Shown here piece after piece: positions 29,061 to 39,158 of a stretch of 64,000 nucleotides of DNA. Each line of letters starts with the position of its first letter. Positions within the stretch are counted from its first letter, which is position 1. The notes beneath the pieces were generated by a model. The model did not search any database and was not told the DNA's origin. It saw only the letters and a list, made by a program, of their open reading frames with translations. This stretch comes from Negativicutes bacterium (lineage in GTDB: Bacteria; Bacillota; Negativicutes; UBA1444). The translations under genes and the position numbers were made by a program. The stretch is from contig CAXXIN010000016.1 of the NCBI GenBank assembly GCA_963665275.2, forward strand, positions 96,001 to 160,000. The letters are read 5' to 3'.

Positions 29061-30098
29061 ATGAAGAAATCAATGGTTTTCCTGGTACTGGTCATGTTCG
29101 TCGTCGCGGCGATGGTGGCTGGCTGTGGCGGGGGAGACAAAAAACCTGCCGAACAACCCAAAGCGAAAGGCCCTTCCGGCACGTTAATGATTTACACCTC
29201 GATCTATCCGGATATTGTCGAGCTGGTCAAACCGGCTATCGCCAAAAAGTTTCCTGATTTAAAGGTAAGCTGGTTCCAGGCGGGATCGGAACAAGTCATG
29301 GCCAAGCTGGCCGGTGAAATTGAAGCGAAAAAAGTGCAGGCAGACGTACTGCTGGTAGCCGATCCGGCGTATTATCTGACGCTCAAGGATAAAGGGCTGC
29401 TACTGAAATATGACTCGCCGATGCGAAAAGACATCACAGGGAATAAAGATACGGAAGGCTATTGGACCGGCGTCCGAATTAATGCTATCGTGATGGCGTA
29501 CAACACCAAAAAAGTTAAACCGGAAGAAGCGCCGAAAACGTGGCAGGATTTAACGGATCCGAAATGGAAAAACCGCATTGCGATGGCGAATCCCTTGTTG
29601 TCCGGGACCGCCTACGTCGGTGTGGGTGCATTGGTACAGAAATACGGCTGGGAATATTTTGATAAACTCAAAGCCAATGGCGTGAAGGTTGAATCTGGCA
29701 ACACCGCGTTGCAGAATAAACTGGTTCAGGGCGAATATGATGTGGTCATAATTTTGGAAGAGAATATTCTCAAGATGGCGGACAAAGGCGAGCCGGTTAA
29801 GGTAGCCTATCCGACGGATGGTGTCGCTATCAACCCCAGCCCAATCGCTATCTTCGGCAGCTCGCAGAACCCCGAAGCTGCAAAAGCATTGACTGACTGG
29901 TGGCTCTCAAAAGAAGGTCAGGAAATGGTCGTGAAAGGCTGGATGCATTCGGTACGGGATGATGTTTCCTCGCCCAAGGGAGCGCCGGCATTGAAGACAC
30001 TCATGCCTACGGCATTGAAGATCGATTGGGATCAGCTTGCCAAAGAAAACGAAAAGTTTAAGGAAAACTTCCGGTCACGAGTGTTGGAAAAGAAATAA
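29061..30098 (+). CDS. ABC substrate-binding lipoprotein (AfuA/FbpA family)
   Basis: Lipobox VAGC; paralog of 13675 and 22168 proteins. Confidence 0.9.
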   Translation: MKKSMVFLVLVMFVVAAMVAGCGGGDKKPAEQPKAKGPSGTLMIYTSIYPDIVELVKPAIAKKFPDLKVSWFQAGSEQVMAKLAGEIEAKKVQADVLLVADPAYYLTLKDKGLLLKYDSPMRKDITGNKDTEGYWTGVRINAIVMAYNTKKVKPEEAPKTWQDLTDPKWKNRIAMANPLLSGTAYVGVGALVQKYGWEYFDKLKANGVKVESGNTALQNKLVQGEYDVVIILEENILKMADKGEPVKVAYPTDGVAINPSPIAIFGSSQNPEAAKALTDWWLSKEGQEMVVKGWMHSVRDDVSSPKGAPALKTLMPTALKIDWDQLAKENEKFKENFRSRVLEKK

Positions 30099-30105
30099 TC
30101 CAGCG

Positions 30106-30133
30106 AAGGTGGGGGGCAACTCCCCCCCACCTT
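30106..30133 (+). other. Intercistronic hairpin after the binding-protein gene
   Basis: AAGGTGGGGGG-CAACTC-CCCCCCACCTT; typical mRNA stabiliser or partial terminator between SBP and permease. Confidence 0.55.
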
Positions 30134-30163
30134 ATATAATGCCAGCTAAACAGGGGGTATATC

Positions 30164-31846
30164 GTGGGAAAAAAATGGCTCCCCCAGTGGGACACCAAGT
30201 GGATGGTAATTATTTCGGCAGTAGCTGCATTGGTCCTGTTTGTCGTGTTGCCCATGCTTTATCTGGTCTACAAGAGCTTCATCATCAATGGAAGCTTTGA
30301 CGTCCATCATTATCAGACGGTGTACAGTAATATCGTCAATTGGAATGCCTTGAGCAATACGCTTCAAATTTCTTTATATTCCACCGTGTTGGCGGTGCTG
30401 ATCTCTTTTCCGCTGGCCTGGATGATCGGGCGGACTGATTTGCCGGGCAAGGGGTTCTTTCGGACTCTGTTTGTGGCAACTTACATGATTCCACCCTATG
30501 TTGGGGCTATTGCCTGGATTCAGTTGTTGAATCCAAGAGTCGGGTACGTGAACAAGTTTCTGGTTGAAAGTCTGCATCTGGCCGAAGCCCCCTTCAACAT
30601 CTACTCAATGACGGGTATGGTCTGGTGTCTGACCTTGTTTTATGCGCCTTTTGCTTTTATTACTATTTCCCGGGCAATGGAAAAAATGGACCCGACCCTG
30701 GAAGAAGCCTCCCGGATATCTGGCGCATCGCCGCTGCGGACACTCTGGAATGTAACGATTCCTCTGATGTATCCCAGTATTCTGGCTGGGGGAGTACTCG
30801 TTTTCATCGGTGTGGCTTCGGCCTTCGGAACGCCATCCATCATCGGTATGCCAGCCAATATTGAAGTTCTGACGACCCGAATTGTCACATATATATACAT
30901 GGGTGACACCAAAGGGATTCAGGAAGCGACTGCACTGGCGGTTTCCCTGATGTTGGCAGCCAATGGGCTACTGTATTTCTCCATGTTCGGTCTGGGGAAA
31001 AAAGAATATGTGACCATAGGCGGGAAAAGCACCCGGCCCAACTTGGTCGAACTGGGAAGCTGGAAATGGCCGGCTTTCGGTATCGTGCTTGGTTATGGCG
31101 CTATCTCGGTATTCCTGCCGATTGGTTCTGTGTTAGTGACTTCTTTGATCAAATCAATGTCGCGGCCCATCACACTGGATAATCTTACGATATCAACATG
31201 GGTGGCTGCACTGAAGAATGAGCAATACACCGAACCTCTTTGGAACAGTTTCGTTTTAGCGATTACTGCGGCAACGGTTGCTACTATCATCGGAATTTTC
31301 GTCGCTTACCTCTTGATCAAGACAAGGGTCAAGGGACGGGAGATCCCGGATGCATTGGCTACCCTCGGCGGCGCCACTCCCGGCATCGTAATAGCGTTGG
31401 CGCTGATCATTACTTTTTCGGGTTCCTTTGGCCTGAATTTGTATTCAACGATGACGATCCTGGTTATCGGATATGTTGTCAAATACCTGACGATGTCTGT
31501 TCGGACAATATCCGCATCGCTCAGTCAGGTTCACCCTTCGCTGGAAGAGGCGGCGCTCAACTCCGGGGCAACCTGGTTACAGTCGCTGAAAGACATCATG
31601 TGGCCGCTGATCCGTCCGTCCATCGTCGCCGGCTGGTTTTTGGTCTTTATGCCGTCGTTTTATGAATTGACGATGTCCATTATCCTCTACGGATCCCAGA
31701 CGAAGACCATCGGCGTGTTACTGTATGAACTCCAAACCTATGCCGACCCACAAGACGCATCGGTATTGGCTGTTATAATTCTTTTGATCGTTCTGCTGGG
31801 CAATCTTGCACTTCGCAAGGTTTCGCGCGGCCAGATCGGCATTTGA
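30164..31846 (+). CDS. ABC transporter permease (FbpB type)
   Basis: LEEASRISGAS and LEEAALNSGAT loops. Confidence 0.92.
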   Translation: MGKKWLPQWDTKWMVIISAVAALVLFVVLPMLYLVYKSFIINGSFDVHHYQTVYSNIVNWNALSNTLQISLYSTVLAVLISFPLAWMIGRTDLPGKGFFRTLFVATYMIPPYVGAIAWIQLLNPRVGYVNKFLVESLHLAEAPFNIYSMTGMVWCLTLFYAPFAFITISRAMEKMDPTLEEASRISGASPLRTLWNVTIPLMYPSILAGGVLVFIGVASAFGTPSIIGMPANIEVLTTRIVTYIYMGDTKGIQEATALAVSLMLAANGLLYFSMFGLGKKEYVTIGGKSTRPNLVELGSWKWPAFGIVLGYGAISVFLPIGSVLVTSLIKSMSRPITLDNLTISTWVAALKNEQYTEPLWNSFVLAITAATVATIIGIFVAYLLIKTRVKGREIPDALATLGGATPGIVIALALIITFSGSFGLNLYSTMTILVIGYVVKYLTMSVRTISASLSQVHPSLEEAALNSGATWLQSLKDIMWPLIRPSIVAGWFLVFMPSFYELTMSIILYGSQTKTIGVLLYELQTYADPQDASVLAVIILLIVLLGNLALRKVSRGQIGI

Positions 31847-31865
31847 CCTGAAAGGAGCCGGGATT

Positions 31866-32909
31866 GTGGCAGATGTAAAAATCAGTTCGGTGACCAAAAA
31901 ATTCGGTGATGTTTATGCCGTAAACCATTTTGATGCGCTCATTCGCGATGGAGAGTTCGTGTCAATTCTGGGTCCGTCGGGATGCGGAAAAACCACAATG
32001 CTTCGCATGATTGCGGGGTTTGAGAAAGCAACCGAAGGTGAAATTTCGATTGGCGACCAGATCGTGAGCCAGGCAGGAAGCGGTATATTTGTACCGCCAG
32101 AAAAACGGCATATCGGAATGGTGTTCCAATCTTACGCGGTATGGCCGCACATGAACGTATTTGACAATGTGGCATACCCCCTGAAAATCCAAAAAGTTCC
32201 GGCAGAGAAGCTGAAAGAGCGTACCCTTAAGGCGCTGGAACTAGTGCACCTAGAGGAATATGCGGCGCGCTTTCCGAACCAACTATCCGGCGGACAGCAA
32301 CAGCGTGTGGCGTTGGCACGGGCGCTCGTCGCAGAGCCGGGTTTGCTGCTGCTGGATGAACCGCTATCGAATCTGGACGCCAAACTGCGTGAAAGTATGC
32401 GGTTTGAAATTAAAGAACTTCAGAAGAAACTGGGCATCACCGTCATCTATGTAACTCACGACCAGGCAGAGGCGATGGCGATGTCAGATCGAATCATCGT
32501 AATGTACAAGGGTGTCATCCAGCAGGTAGATGTACCCATGCGTATTTACGAACATCCTGCTAATCCAACCGTGGCAGACTTTATCGGGCTGGTCAATTTC
32601 CTGGAAGGCGATGCGGAACCCGGGTTTGTTCATTTTAAGACACTGGACTGCTCCTTGCCTGCTGATGTTTCATTCACCGGTCCGGCTCGTGTGGCTGTCC
32701 GACCGGAGCATATCACAATGTCGAAAACCCAGGGCGCATTGCGCGGGAAATTACTGCACAAAATATATCTAGGAGACTCGACCGATTGGCGGGTAGCGGT
32801 CGGAGAAAACGTACTGCGGGTCATTGACCGGGGTTCGAGTTTCGTCGAATATGCTGCCGGTGATGATGTTTTGCTGAGCTTCGATCATGTGATGATTTTT
32901 CCCAAATGA
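31866..32909 (+). CDS. ABC transporter ATP-binding protein
   Basis: GPSGCGKT, LSGGQQQR; SD AAAGGAG before GTG 31866. Confidence 0.92.
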   Translation: MADVKISSVTKKFGDVYAVNHFDALIRDGEFVSILGPSGCGKTTMLRMIAGFEKATEGEISIGDQIVSQAGSGIFVPPEKRHIGMVFQSYAVWPHMNVFDNVAYPLKIQKVPAEKLKERTLKALELVHLEEYAARFPNQLSGGQQQRVALARALVAEPGLLLLDEPLSNLDAKLRESMRFEIKELQKKLGITVIYVTHDQAEAMAMSDRIIVMYKGVIQQVDVPMRIYEHPANPTVADFIGLVNFLEGDAEPGFVHFKTLDCSLPADVSFTGPARVAVRPEHITMSKTQGALRGKLLHKIYLGDSTDWRVAVGENVLRVIDRGSSFVEYAAGDDVLLSFDHVMIFPK

Positions 32910-33715
32910 GTGCATTAGCTGATATCCAACTGTTTCTTTTGGACATGGATGGGACTGTTTATTTGGGGAATCGGCTATTGCCCGGTTCCCTTGATTTTTT
33001 GAACTACCTCGGCGAGACCGGTCGCGATCATCTGTTTTTGACTAACAATTCTTCGCGCAATGCCGGCCACTATGCGCAAAAATTGACGAAACTCGGGTGG
33101 TCGGCCCAGCCGGGAGAAATTCTTACTTCCGGAGAGGCGACTGCACTTTATTTAGGTGGAGAAAAACCGGCTTCCCGTATCTATCTTTTGGGAACTCCCG
33201 ATTTAGAGGCGGAGTTCGCTTCGCACGGATTTGTGCTGACAGATGAAAACCCGGACTATGTTGTTTTGGGGTTTGACATGACTTTGACCTATGCAAAGCT
33301 GGTGCGCGCCTGCGATTTGATCCGGGCCGGCGTACCGTTTGTTGCGACTCACCCGGATATTAACTGCCCGACAGAGACCGGCTATATACCGGATTGTGGC
33401 GCGATGACCGCACTCATTACCGCTTCGACCGGTGTGGCGCCGAAAGTAATCGGCAAACCAAACAGGGAAATTATCGATGCAATGTTTCGCAAAAAGCCAG
33501 TGCGACGTGAACAAGTTGCCATGGTCGGTGATCGGCTTTACACGGATATTGTCATGGGACATAATGCCGGAGTAACATCCGTGTTGGTTCTATCTGGGGA
33601 AGCGAAGGAAACGGATATTGCTTCGGCGCCAGCAAAACCTGATTATGTTGTAGCAGGGCTGGGAGAACTGCATGCCGCTCTGAAAAAGGCTGATGCATCG
33701 ATGCATAAGTATTGA
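32906..33715 (+). CDS. HAD subfamily IIA phosphatase (NagD-like)
   Basis: DMDGT, FLTNNS, IGKP, GDRLYTDI. Confidence 0.92.
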   Translation: MSALADIQLFLLDMDGTVYLGNRLLPGSLDFLNYLGETGRDHLFLTNNSSRNAGHYAQKLTKLGWSAQPGEILTSGEATALYLGGEKPASRIYLLGTPDLEAEFASHGFVLTDENPDYVVLGFDMTLTYAKLVRACDLIRAGVPFVATHPDINCPTETGYIPDCGAMTALITASTGVAPKVIGKPNREIIDAMFRKKPVRREQVAMVGDRLYTDIVMGHNAGVTSVLVLSGEAKETDIASAPAKPDYVVAGLGELHAALKKADASMHKY

Positions 33716-33767
33716 ATGGCACGGGTTCTCTTTTTCCAGGGATGGTGCGGGAAACATACGGTCCAAC

Positions 33768-33807
33768 AATAAACGCTCTGCGTCAGTATGACAGCAGAGC
33801 GTTTATT
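33768..33807. terminator. Bidirectional terminator between convergent operons
   Basis: AATAAACGCTCTG...CAGAGCGTTTATT. Confidence 0.8.
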
Positions 33808-33847
33808 ATATTCCAACATTTAAGCATTATCCAGGTCAGTTAATGTA

Positions 33848-35125
33848 CTACTGCAAGAATTTTGGCAGCCAGGTAGCCAGCTCGGGGATCCAGGCTACAA
33901 CAGCGATGGTGAGAATCATCAGGAGCCCGAAAGGTAATACACCTTTGATAATTTCTGACATGCGTGTCCCCGGCGAAATTCCCTGTATGACGAACAGGTT
34001 CATGCCGACCGGCGGCGTAATCAGAGCCAGCTCCATGTTGATGACCATGATGACGGCAAACCAGATGGGATCAAATCCGAGTTTGAGAATCAGCGGATAC
34101 AGGATAGGAACGGTGATCAGGATAATCGAAACGGTTTCCAGAATGCAGCCGAGGAACAGCAACAGAATGTTGATGGCTACGAAAACGATCCAGCGGTTGA
34201 CCTCCATGGCGGTAACCAGCTCCGTCAGCTGTTGGGGAATTTGCATAACAGTCAGAACAAAACCGTACAACATAGCACCGATTATGATCGCCAATACCAT
34301 GGCGCTGGTTTTGGTTGTGTCGAGCATGATACCGGGCATATCACGCAGAGAAAGGGTTTTGTAAACGAAGAAGGTTATGAATAGGCTGTAGACAGTCCCG
34401 ACCGCCGCCGCTTCGGTGGGGGTGAACAACCCAGTGTAGATGCCGCCAATGATGAGGACCGGCAGAAACAGGCCCCAGGAAGAGTGACGGAGAACCGCAA
34501 ATCGCTCGTTCCAGCTAGCCGGTGGTTGAGCAGGAACTTTTTTGGCGGCAAACAGCACGACATAGAGGATGAAAAGGGCAGTAAGCAATATGCCCGGCAA
34601 TACACCGGCGATGAACAGAGCGCCTACCGATTCCCCTGTAATGGCGCCAAATAGGATCATCGGAATACTTGGAGGAATCAGGATGCCAAGAGTGCCGCCG
34701 CCGGCTACCAGGCCCAATACCAACTCCTTCGGGTAACCGCGGGAAATCATTTCGGGAATGGCGACCATGCCGATGGTGACTGCAGTGGCGACGCTGGACC
34801 CCGAAATAGCTGCAAAAGCAGCGCAAGCCAAAATGGTGGCGACGCCGAGCCCGGCCGGCAAGTGGCGGACCCATTTGCTGGCGACATCGTACAGGTCATT
34901 GCCGACTTTGCCGGCGAGGAGGATCTGACTGAGCAGAATATACAGTGGAATGGAAGACAGGACGAAATCATCCAGTGATTTGTAGGCGATGATCGGGGCC
35001 TGAGCCAGGGACTGAGAGCCCATCATCAGCCAGAAACCGACCATACTGGTGATGCCGAGGCTGAATGCTACAGGGAGTCCGATCAGTAGCAGAATAACTA
35101 ATGAGCCGACAAAGGTGGTAATCAT
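33848..35125 (-). CDS. dctM: TRAP transporter large permease
   Basis: AAISGSSVAT, GTLGILIPPSIPM, GLFTPTEAAA, ITPPVGMNLF. Confidence 0.95.
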   Translation of the reverse strand: MITTFVGSLVILLLIGLPVAFSLGITSMVGFWLMMGSQSLAQAPIIAYKSLDDFVLSSIPLYILLSQILLAGKVGNDLYDVASKWVRHLPAGLGVATILACAAFAAISGSSVATAVTIGMVAIPEMISRGYPKELVLGLVAGGGTLGILIPPSIPMILFGAITGESVGALFIAGVLPGILLTALFILYVVLFAAKKVPAQPPASWNERFAVLRHSSWGLFLPVLIIGGIYTGLFTPTEAAAVGTVYSLFITFFVYKTLSLRDMPGIMLDTTKTSAMVLAIIIGAMLYGFVLTVMQIPQQLTELVTAMEVNRWIVFVAINILLLFLGCILETVSIILITVPILYPLILKLGFDPIWFAVIMVINMELALITPPVGMNLFVIQGISPGTRMSEIIKGVLPFGLLMILTIAVVAWIPELATWLPKFLQ

Positions 35126-35637
35126 TGGTGCCCCTCCTTTTCCTGGACTGTGCTGTCAGGATCGATCAAATTAGCCAGGAATTGGAGGGTCAGGATGGCA
35201 AAGCCTATCGGAAGGGAAGCTTGTGGGATATAGAGCGGAATGCGGAGTGTACTGGTTGAGAGCATATTCAACTGATACGAATTCAAGGCCATCTCGGCGC
35301 TGGTTACCAGAAAGACCAGGCTGAAAACCATCCCCAAGATGGAAATGATGATTCCGAGAACCTTGTTGGTCTGTTTGGAAAGCTTACTGGTCACGAGATC
35401 CACACAGATATGCTTTCCGGCAGCAAGGGCAGGGGAAAGTCCAAGAAAAGCACTGATTAATATAAGATAGACGGAGACCTCGTTGACCCATTCTGTAGGA
35501 GCGTCAAACAATGCGCGCAAAACAACCTCATACGTAACGAAAAAGGCGGTCGCGAGGATGCAAATCCCCGCGATAAAACCGCCGATACGGTTGGCTATCG
35601 CAGCCAACCGGAATATGGCGTTTCGAATCAAAATCAC
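35122..35637 (-). CDS. dctQ: TRAP transporter small permease
   Basis: 4 TM segments; EVVLR..F..P..W..E; HI.VD. Confidence 0.9.
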   Translation of the reverse strand: MILIRNAIFRLAAIANRIGGFIAGICILATAFFVTYEVVLRALFDAPTEWVNEVSVYLILISAFLGLSPALAAGKHICVDLVTSKLSKQTNKVLGIIISILGMVFSLVFLVTSAEMALNSYQLNMLSTSTLRIPLYIPQASLPIGFAILTLQFLANLIDPDSTVQEKEGHQ

Positions 35638-35640
35638 CGC

Positions 35641-36684
35641 CTACTTCAAATTTTTACAGAAGTCCACCATTTTTTGCCCGACTTCCCCGGTTCGTTTGAT
35701 GAAAAGAGCCTGGACCGACTCGGTGGCTTTTTGCCAGGCGGCGATTTCCGAATCAGGAATGGTATGTACCTGCATGCCTTTTTCTTTTAACAGGGTAAGG
35801 GCTTTGTCCTCTTCATTTTTAACTTCCGATCTAATTGCAGTCTGAACTTCTTTGGCCGATTCCTCAAGAATTTTCTTTTGATCGGCTGAAAGACTGTTCC
35901 AGAACTTGAGGTTGATGGAGGTAACGAATTCGGGGAACGCATGATTGGTCATTGTAAGATATTTGGTTACTTCATACATTTTTCGGTCATACATGGCGGT
36001 TGTGCCTGAGGTCTGGCCGTCGATGGTACCGCGTTGAAGCGCCATGTAGACTTCACCAGCGCCCATGGTTACAGGAGCTGCTCCCAGTGCTTTGATAGTT
36101 TCCGACGGCAGCTCACCGTAGCCGCGCAACTTTAATCCTTTAAAATCTTCAGGCTTTGTGAGAGGGCGCTTACTATTACCGAACTGAACAAAGCCATAGT
36201 CTACCCAGATCAGGGGCTTGACTCCCTTCTTTTCCATTTCAGCCCCGAGCTGTGCCCCAACACCGCCGTCGAGAGCCTGGGCGACTTTGGCATAGCTGGG
36301 GAACAGGAACGGTACGTCGAAAATTTCCATGACAGGGATGATCGATGCCCACATGGCGGTGGAGTTCAGACCAATTTCGATACCGCCGGCCATTAAAGCA
36401 TCGTTCATGCTTTTATCGTTGTACAGCTGGCCTGAAGGATAAATTTGCACAGTCATGGCGCCTTTGGATTTTTCACTTACTTTCTTTGCGAATGAATCCA
36501 TTCCACGGGCCATGTGATTCGTAATAGGCAGGTTGTGTGCGAGTTTGATGGTTATTTTATCCGCAGCTTTTGCCGGAGTCGGAGAAGTTGGCTGTGAAGA
36601 GCCGCCGCAACCTATCGCGACAACCGTGAATACGGCCAGGGCGAGAAGTGCGATTAGACGAAGGGTGAAATAGCCTTTTTTCAT
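35641..36684 (-). CDS. dctP: TRAP transporter solute-binding lipoprotein
   Basis: Lipobox AIGC; YPSGQL, DFKGLKLR (carboxylate-binding Arg), EVYMALQRGTIDG. Confidence 0.93.
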   Translation of the reverse strand: MKKGYFTLRLIALLALAVFTVVAIGCGGSSQPTSPTPAKAADKITIKLAHNLPITNHMARGMDSFAKKVSEKSKGAMTVQIYPSGQLYNDKSMNDALMAGGIEIGLNSTAMWASIIPVMEIFDVPFLFPSYAKVAQALDGGVGAQLGAEMEKKGVKPLIWVDYGFVQFGNSKRPLTKPEDFKGLKLRGYGELPSETIKALGAAPVTMGAGEVYMALQRGTIDGQTSGTTAMYDRKMYEVTKYLTMTNHAFPEFVTSINLKFWNSLSADQKKILEESAKEVQTAIRSEVKNEEDKALTLLKEKGMQVHTIPDSEIAAWQKATESVQALFIKRTGEVGQKMVDFCKNLK

Positions 36685-36697
36685 GGGATGAACCTCC

Positions 36698-37585
36698 TCA
36701 TTCTTTATTGCAGTATTGTTTTTCTAATGCGGCATATTCCGGCAAGCCGACCAGGTCGTTGAATTGCTGGAAGCTGTGCATTTTGGCTGCTACACCGGCA
36801 GTGGTTCCCGTATTGTTCAATTCAGCAAAAACTTCTTCCAAAGATTTAAAGACTGTATATAGTGCAGTGCAAGGCCAAAAAACAATTCGGAATCCAATTT
36901 CTTGCAATTGAGCAGCATTCAAAATCGGCGTTTTTCCACCTTCCAACATATTGGCAAGCAGTATTTTGCCGGGGAAGGCTTGGGCGATAGCTCGCAGTTC
37001 TGCTTCATCCTGCGGCGCTTCAATGAACAGTGCGTCAGCGCCTGCGTCGAAATACGCATGACCTCGTTTGATTGCTTCCGGCATATCATAGACTGCCCGG
37101 GAATCAGTGCGGGCAATGATGAGTGTATCTGGATTGGTGCGGGCTTCAACGGCAGCGCGAATTTTCGCAGCATGTTCCTCGGTTGGGATCACTTCTTTTC
37201 CCTGCATATGACCGCATCGTTTTGGCCAGACCTGGTCTTCAAAGAGCATGGCTGCAGCCCCGGCGCGTTCATATTCCACCACTGTGCGACGAACGCTGAG
37301 CGCGTTGCCGTAACCGGTGTCTCCGTCGGCGACGATAGGCAGGTCGACGGCGTCACAGATGTTTTTCAACGCCTGCGTCATTTCCGTCATGGTCAGGTAT
37401 CCCACATCCGGTTGACCCAGGCGGGAAGCGGCGATGCTATACCCGCCCATGACTAGGCATTTGAAACCGACTTTGGCGGCTATTTTCGCGGTCAGGGCAT
37501 CATAGACGCCAGGAAGGGTGAGAAATTCTGAACCGGCTAATAAACGGCGCAATACGCCTGCTTGTGGATTATGAATAACAATCAC
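36698..37585 (-). CDS. Isocitrate lyase/PEP mutase family C-C lyase (PrpB / dimethylmalate lyase-like)
   Basis: PGVYDALTA, DGDTGYG, EDQVWPKRCGH catalytic loop, IIARTD, LANMLEGGKTP; GTGA overlap with the leuB stop. Confidence 0.88.
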   Translation of the reverse strand: MIVIHNPQAGVLRRLLAGSEFLTLPGVYDALTAKIAAKVGFKCLVMGGYSIAASRLGQPDVGYLTMTEMTQALKNICDAVDLPIVADGDTGYGNALSVRRTVVEYERAGAAAMLFEDQVWPKRCGHMQGKEVIPTEEHAAKIRAAVEARTNPDTLIIARTDSRAVYDMPEAIKRGHAYFDAGADALFIEAPQDEAELRAIAQAFPGKILLANMLEGGKTPILNAAQLQEIGFRIVFWPCTALYTVFKSLEEVFAELNNTGTTAGVAAKMHSFQQFNDLVGLPEYAALEKQYCNKE

Positions 37586-38670
37586 GCTCCCTTGAGAATT
37601 TCTAGTTCAACATAACGTCCCATTTCAGTAGTGGAGGCGCGTGTCAGGCCTTCTTGCATCATGTCGGCTGTACGGTATCCTGCCGATAACACTTTTTCCA
37701 CGGCAGCTTCAACCATTCGGGCTGCAGGCTCATTGGCAAGAGAATGTCGGAACATCAGGGCAACAGAGAGGATTGTGCCAAGCGGGTTGGCGATTCCTTT
37801 GCCTGTAATATCCGGCGCGGAGCCGTGGATCGGCTCGTAAAGGCCTGTACCTGCCCCGAGACTGGCAGAAGGCAGCATGCCGATGGAACCGGTGATGACG
37901 GCCGCTTCGTCGGTCAGGATGTCGCCGAACAGGTTGCCTGTAACAACAACGTCGAGGGCTTTGGGGGCCATGACCAACTGCATCGCGCAGTTGTCGACAT
38001 ACATGTGATCAAGTTGGACTGTAGGATATTCTTTTGCGATGCTGTTTGCGGTCCGACGCCACAAGCGGGACGAAGCCAGAACATTTGCTTTGTCGACGGA
38101 GGTGACTTTGCCGCTACGACCTTGTGCGGCCTGGAAGGCCATGCGTACGATACGGTCCACTTCCGGCACGCTATAAAGTTCGGTATCCCAGGCTTGCTCC
38201 ACCCCGTTCACCTGTTCCGATTCGCAGCGGGTTCCATAGTAGATGCCACCATTGAGTTCCCGCAGGATGAGGATGTCGACGCCGGTGACCCGCTCCGGTT
38301 TCAATGGGGAATAGGGCGCCATCGCGGCAGTGACTTTGACCGGACGCATATTGGCGAACAGGCCCAACGTTTTTCGCAGGCCGAGAATGGCTTTTTCCGG
38401 CCTGATTTCCGGCGCAACATTATCCCATTTCGGACCGCCGACGGCGCCCAGCAGTACCGCGTCGGCACTACGTGCGGCAGCGATGGTCTCTTCCGGCAAG
38501 GGGAGCCCGTGCGCATCGATGGCGGCGCCGCCGGCCAGATGGGTTGAGCAGATGCATTTCATGCCGGTAAGCGAAGCGGCTGCATGCATTACTGCAATTG
38601 CGGCAGTTGTGACTTCCGGTCCGATCCCGTCGCCGGGGATCACCGTGATTTTCTTCTCAATTATGTTCAT
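37582..38670 (-). CDS. leuB: 3-isopropylmalate dehydrogenase
   Basis: [46 protein letters not shown]. Confidence 0.95.
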   Translation of the reverse strand: MNIIEKKITVIPGDGIGPEVTTAAIAVMHAAASLTGMKCICSTHLAGGAAIDAHGLPLPEETIAAARSADAVLLGAVGGPKWDNVAPEIRPEKAILGLRKTLGLFANMRPVKVTAAMAPYSPLKPERVTGVDILILRELNGGIYYGTRCESEQVNGVEQAWDTELYSVPEVDRIVRMAFQAAQGRSGKVTSVDKANVLASSRLWRRTANSIAKEYPTVQLDHMYVDNCAMQLVMAPKALDVVVTGNLFGDILTDEAAVITGSIGMLPSASLGAGTGLYEPIHGSAPDITGKGIANPLGTILSVALMFRHSLANEPAARMVEAAVEKVLSAGYRTADMMQEGLTRASTTEMGRYVELEILKGA

Positions 38671-39158
38671 TGCGCCGATCCTTTCACATAGTTGATCAAG
38701 CCACCGGCACGGGCGATATCCTGGATGAACCCAGGTAACGGCTGGCCCTGAATTTTTTCGCCTGTTGTGGTATTCACGATTTCGCCGGTTTCCAGATCGA
38801 CCGACAGAGTATCGCCGGCTTTGATCTTCGCTACATCTTCGCCGACCTCCAGCAACGGTAAGCCGATATTGATCGCGTTGCGATAGAAGATGCGGGCGAA
38901 ATTGGCGGCTATGACGCAGGTGATGCCGCTGGCCTTAATGGCGACTGGCGCATGCTCACGGGAAGACCCGCACCCGAAGTTGTTGTCGGCGACCATGATG
39001 TCGCCTTCCTTCACGCCGGTAACGAAAGTTTTGTCGATGTCTTCCATACAGTGTTTGGCAAGTTCCTGGGGGTTGGATGTGTTCAGATAGCGCGCCGGAA
39101 TGATGACGTCAGTATCGATATTGTCACCATAGCGCCAGACTTTCCCGGTTAATTTCAT
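38667..39158 (-). CDS. leuD: 3-isopropylmalate dehydratase small subunit
   Basis: [25 protein letters not shown]. Confidence 0.92.
   Translation of the reverse strand: MKLTGKVWRYGDNIDTDVIIPARYLNTSNPQELAKHCMEDIDKTFVTGVKEGDIMVADNNFGCGSSREHAPVAIKASGITCVIAANFARIFYRNAINIGLPLLEVGEDVAKIKAGDTLSVDLETGEIVNTTTGEKIQGQPLPGFIQDIARAGGLINYVKGSAQ

Noticed and set aside
37744-38547. 267-aa plus-strand ORF, plus similar long antisense ORFs inside nifJ, phoA and the amidase
   Set aside because: Antisense to well-supported genes; explained by codon bias
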